DNA from: Escherichia phage JL1
Strand: one strand, 5' to 3'
Sequence record: JX865427
DNA length: 43,457 bases
Within the stretch, counting starts at the first letter, position 1. Every line of letters begins with the position of its first letter. A program made the position numbers and the translations under genes. This document shows positions 43,454 to 43,457 of the stretch, piece after piece. A model generated the notes under the pieces. The model was given only the letters and a program-made list of their open reading frames with translations, ran no database searches and was not told the origin of the DNA.

Positions 43454-43457
43454 GGTC

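Noticed and set aside
1-43457. Temperate/prophage features (integrase, att sites, CI-like repressor module) and tRNA genes
   Set aside because: No tyrosine or serine recombinase-like ORF, excisionase or cloverleaf-like tRNA sequence was recognised; the single HTH regulator is not enough to call lysogeny.

Overview
The window reads as a complete or near-complete genome of a tailed dsDNA phage, siphovirus-type, with no integrase, tRNA or CRISPR array recognised. Size and gene content resemble HK578-like coliphages, but I cannot verify that without a database search. The minus strand carries, in transcription order from ~9.5 kb downward and wrapping across the window ends: an HTH regulator and primase-helicase, small early genes, a holin/endolysin cassette, an HTH-phosphoesterase, terminase small and large subunits, then portal, head morphogenesis protein, separately located Rz/Rz1-like spanins, scaffold, major capsid, neck proteins, major tail protein, a G/GT chaperone pair made by -1 frameshift, tape measure, lambda-like L/K/I/J tail tip proteins and a side tail fiber. 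The plus strand (9.9-21.9 kb) carries a Pol A-centred replication and DNA-modification module: an acidic protein, a Cas4-like DUF2800 nuclease, a DUF2815 SSB-like protein, Pol A, VRR-NUC, an SNF2 helicase, a compact C5-methyltransferase-like protein, an HNH-like protein, a Dam-like N6-methyltransferase and a HAD phosphatase. Two opposite-strand cassettes with their own signals sit inside the structural region (23.8-25.0 kb and 39.9-40.5 kb). The most unusual signal is non-genic: two homologous ~170-320 bp structured elements (6.6 kb and 34.0 kb), each with an identical 52-bp hairpin module followed by arrays of the octamer TGTCCCGC in both orientations. A second recurrent signal is a TGCAACCAAT motif embedded in most recognisable sigma70-like promoters. 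All calls rest on reading the sequence and ORF translations by eye; no searches or structure predictions were run.
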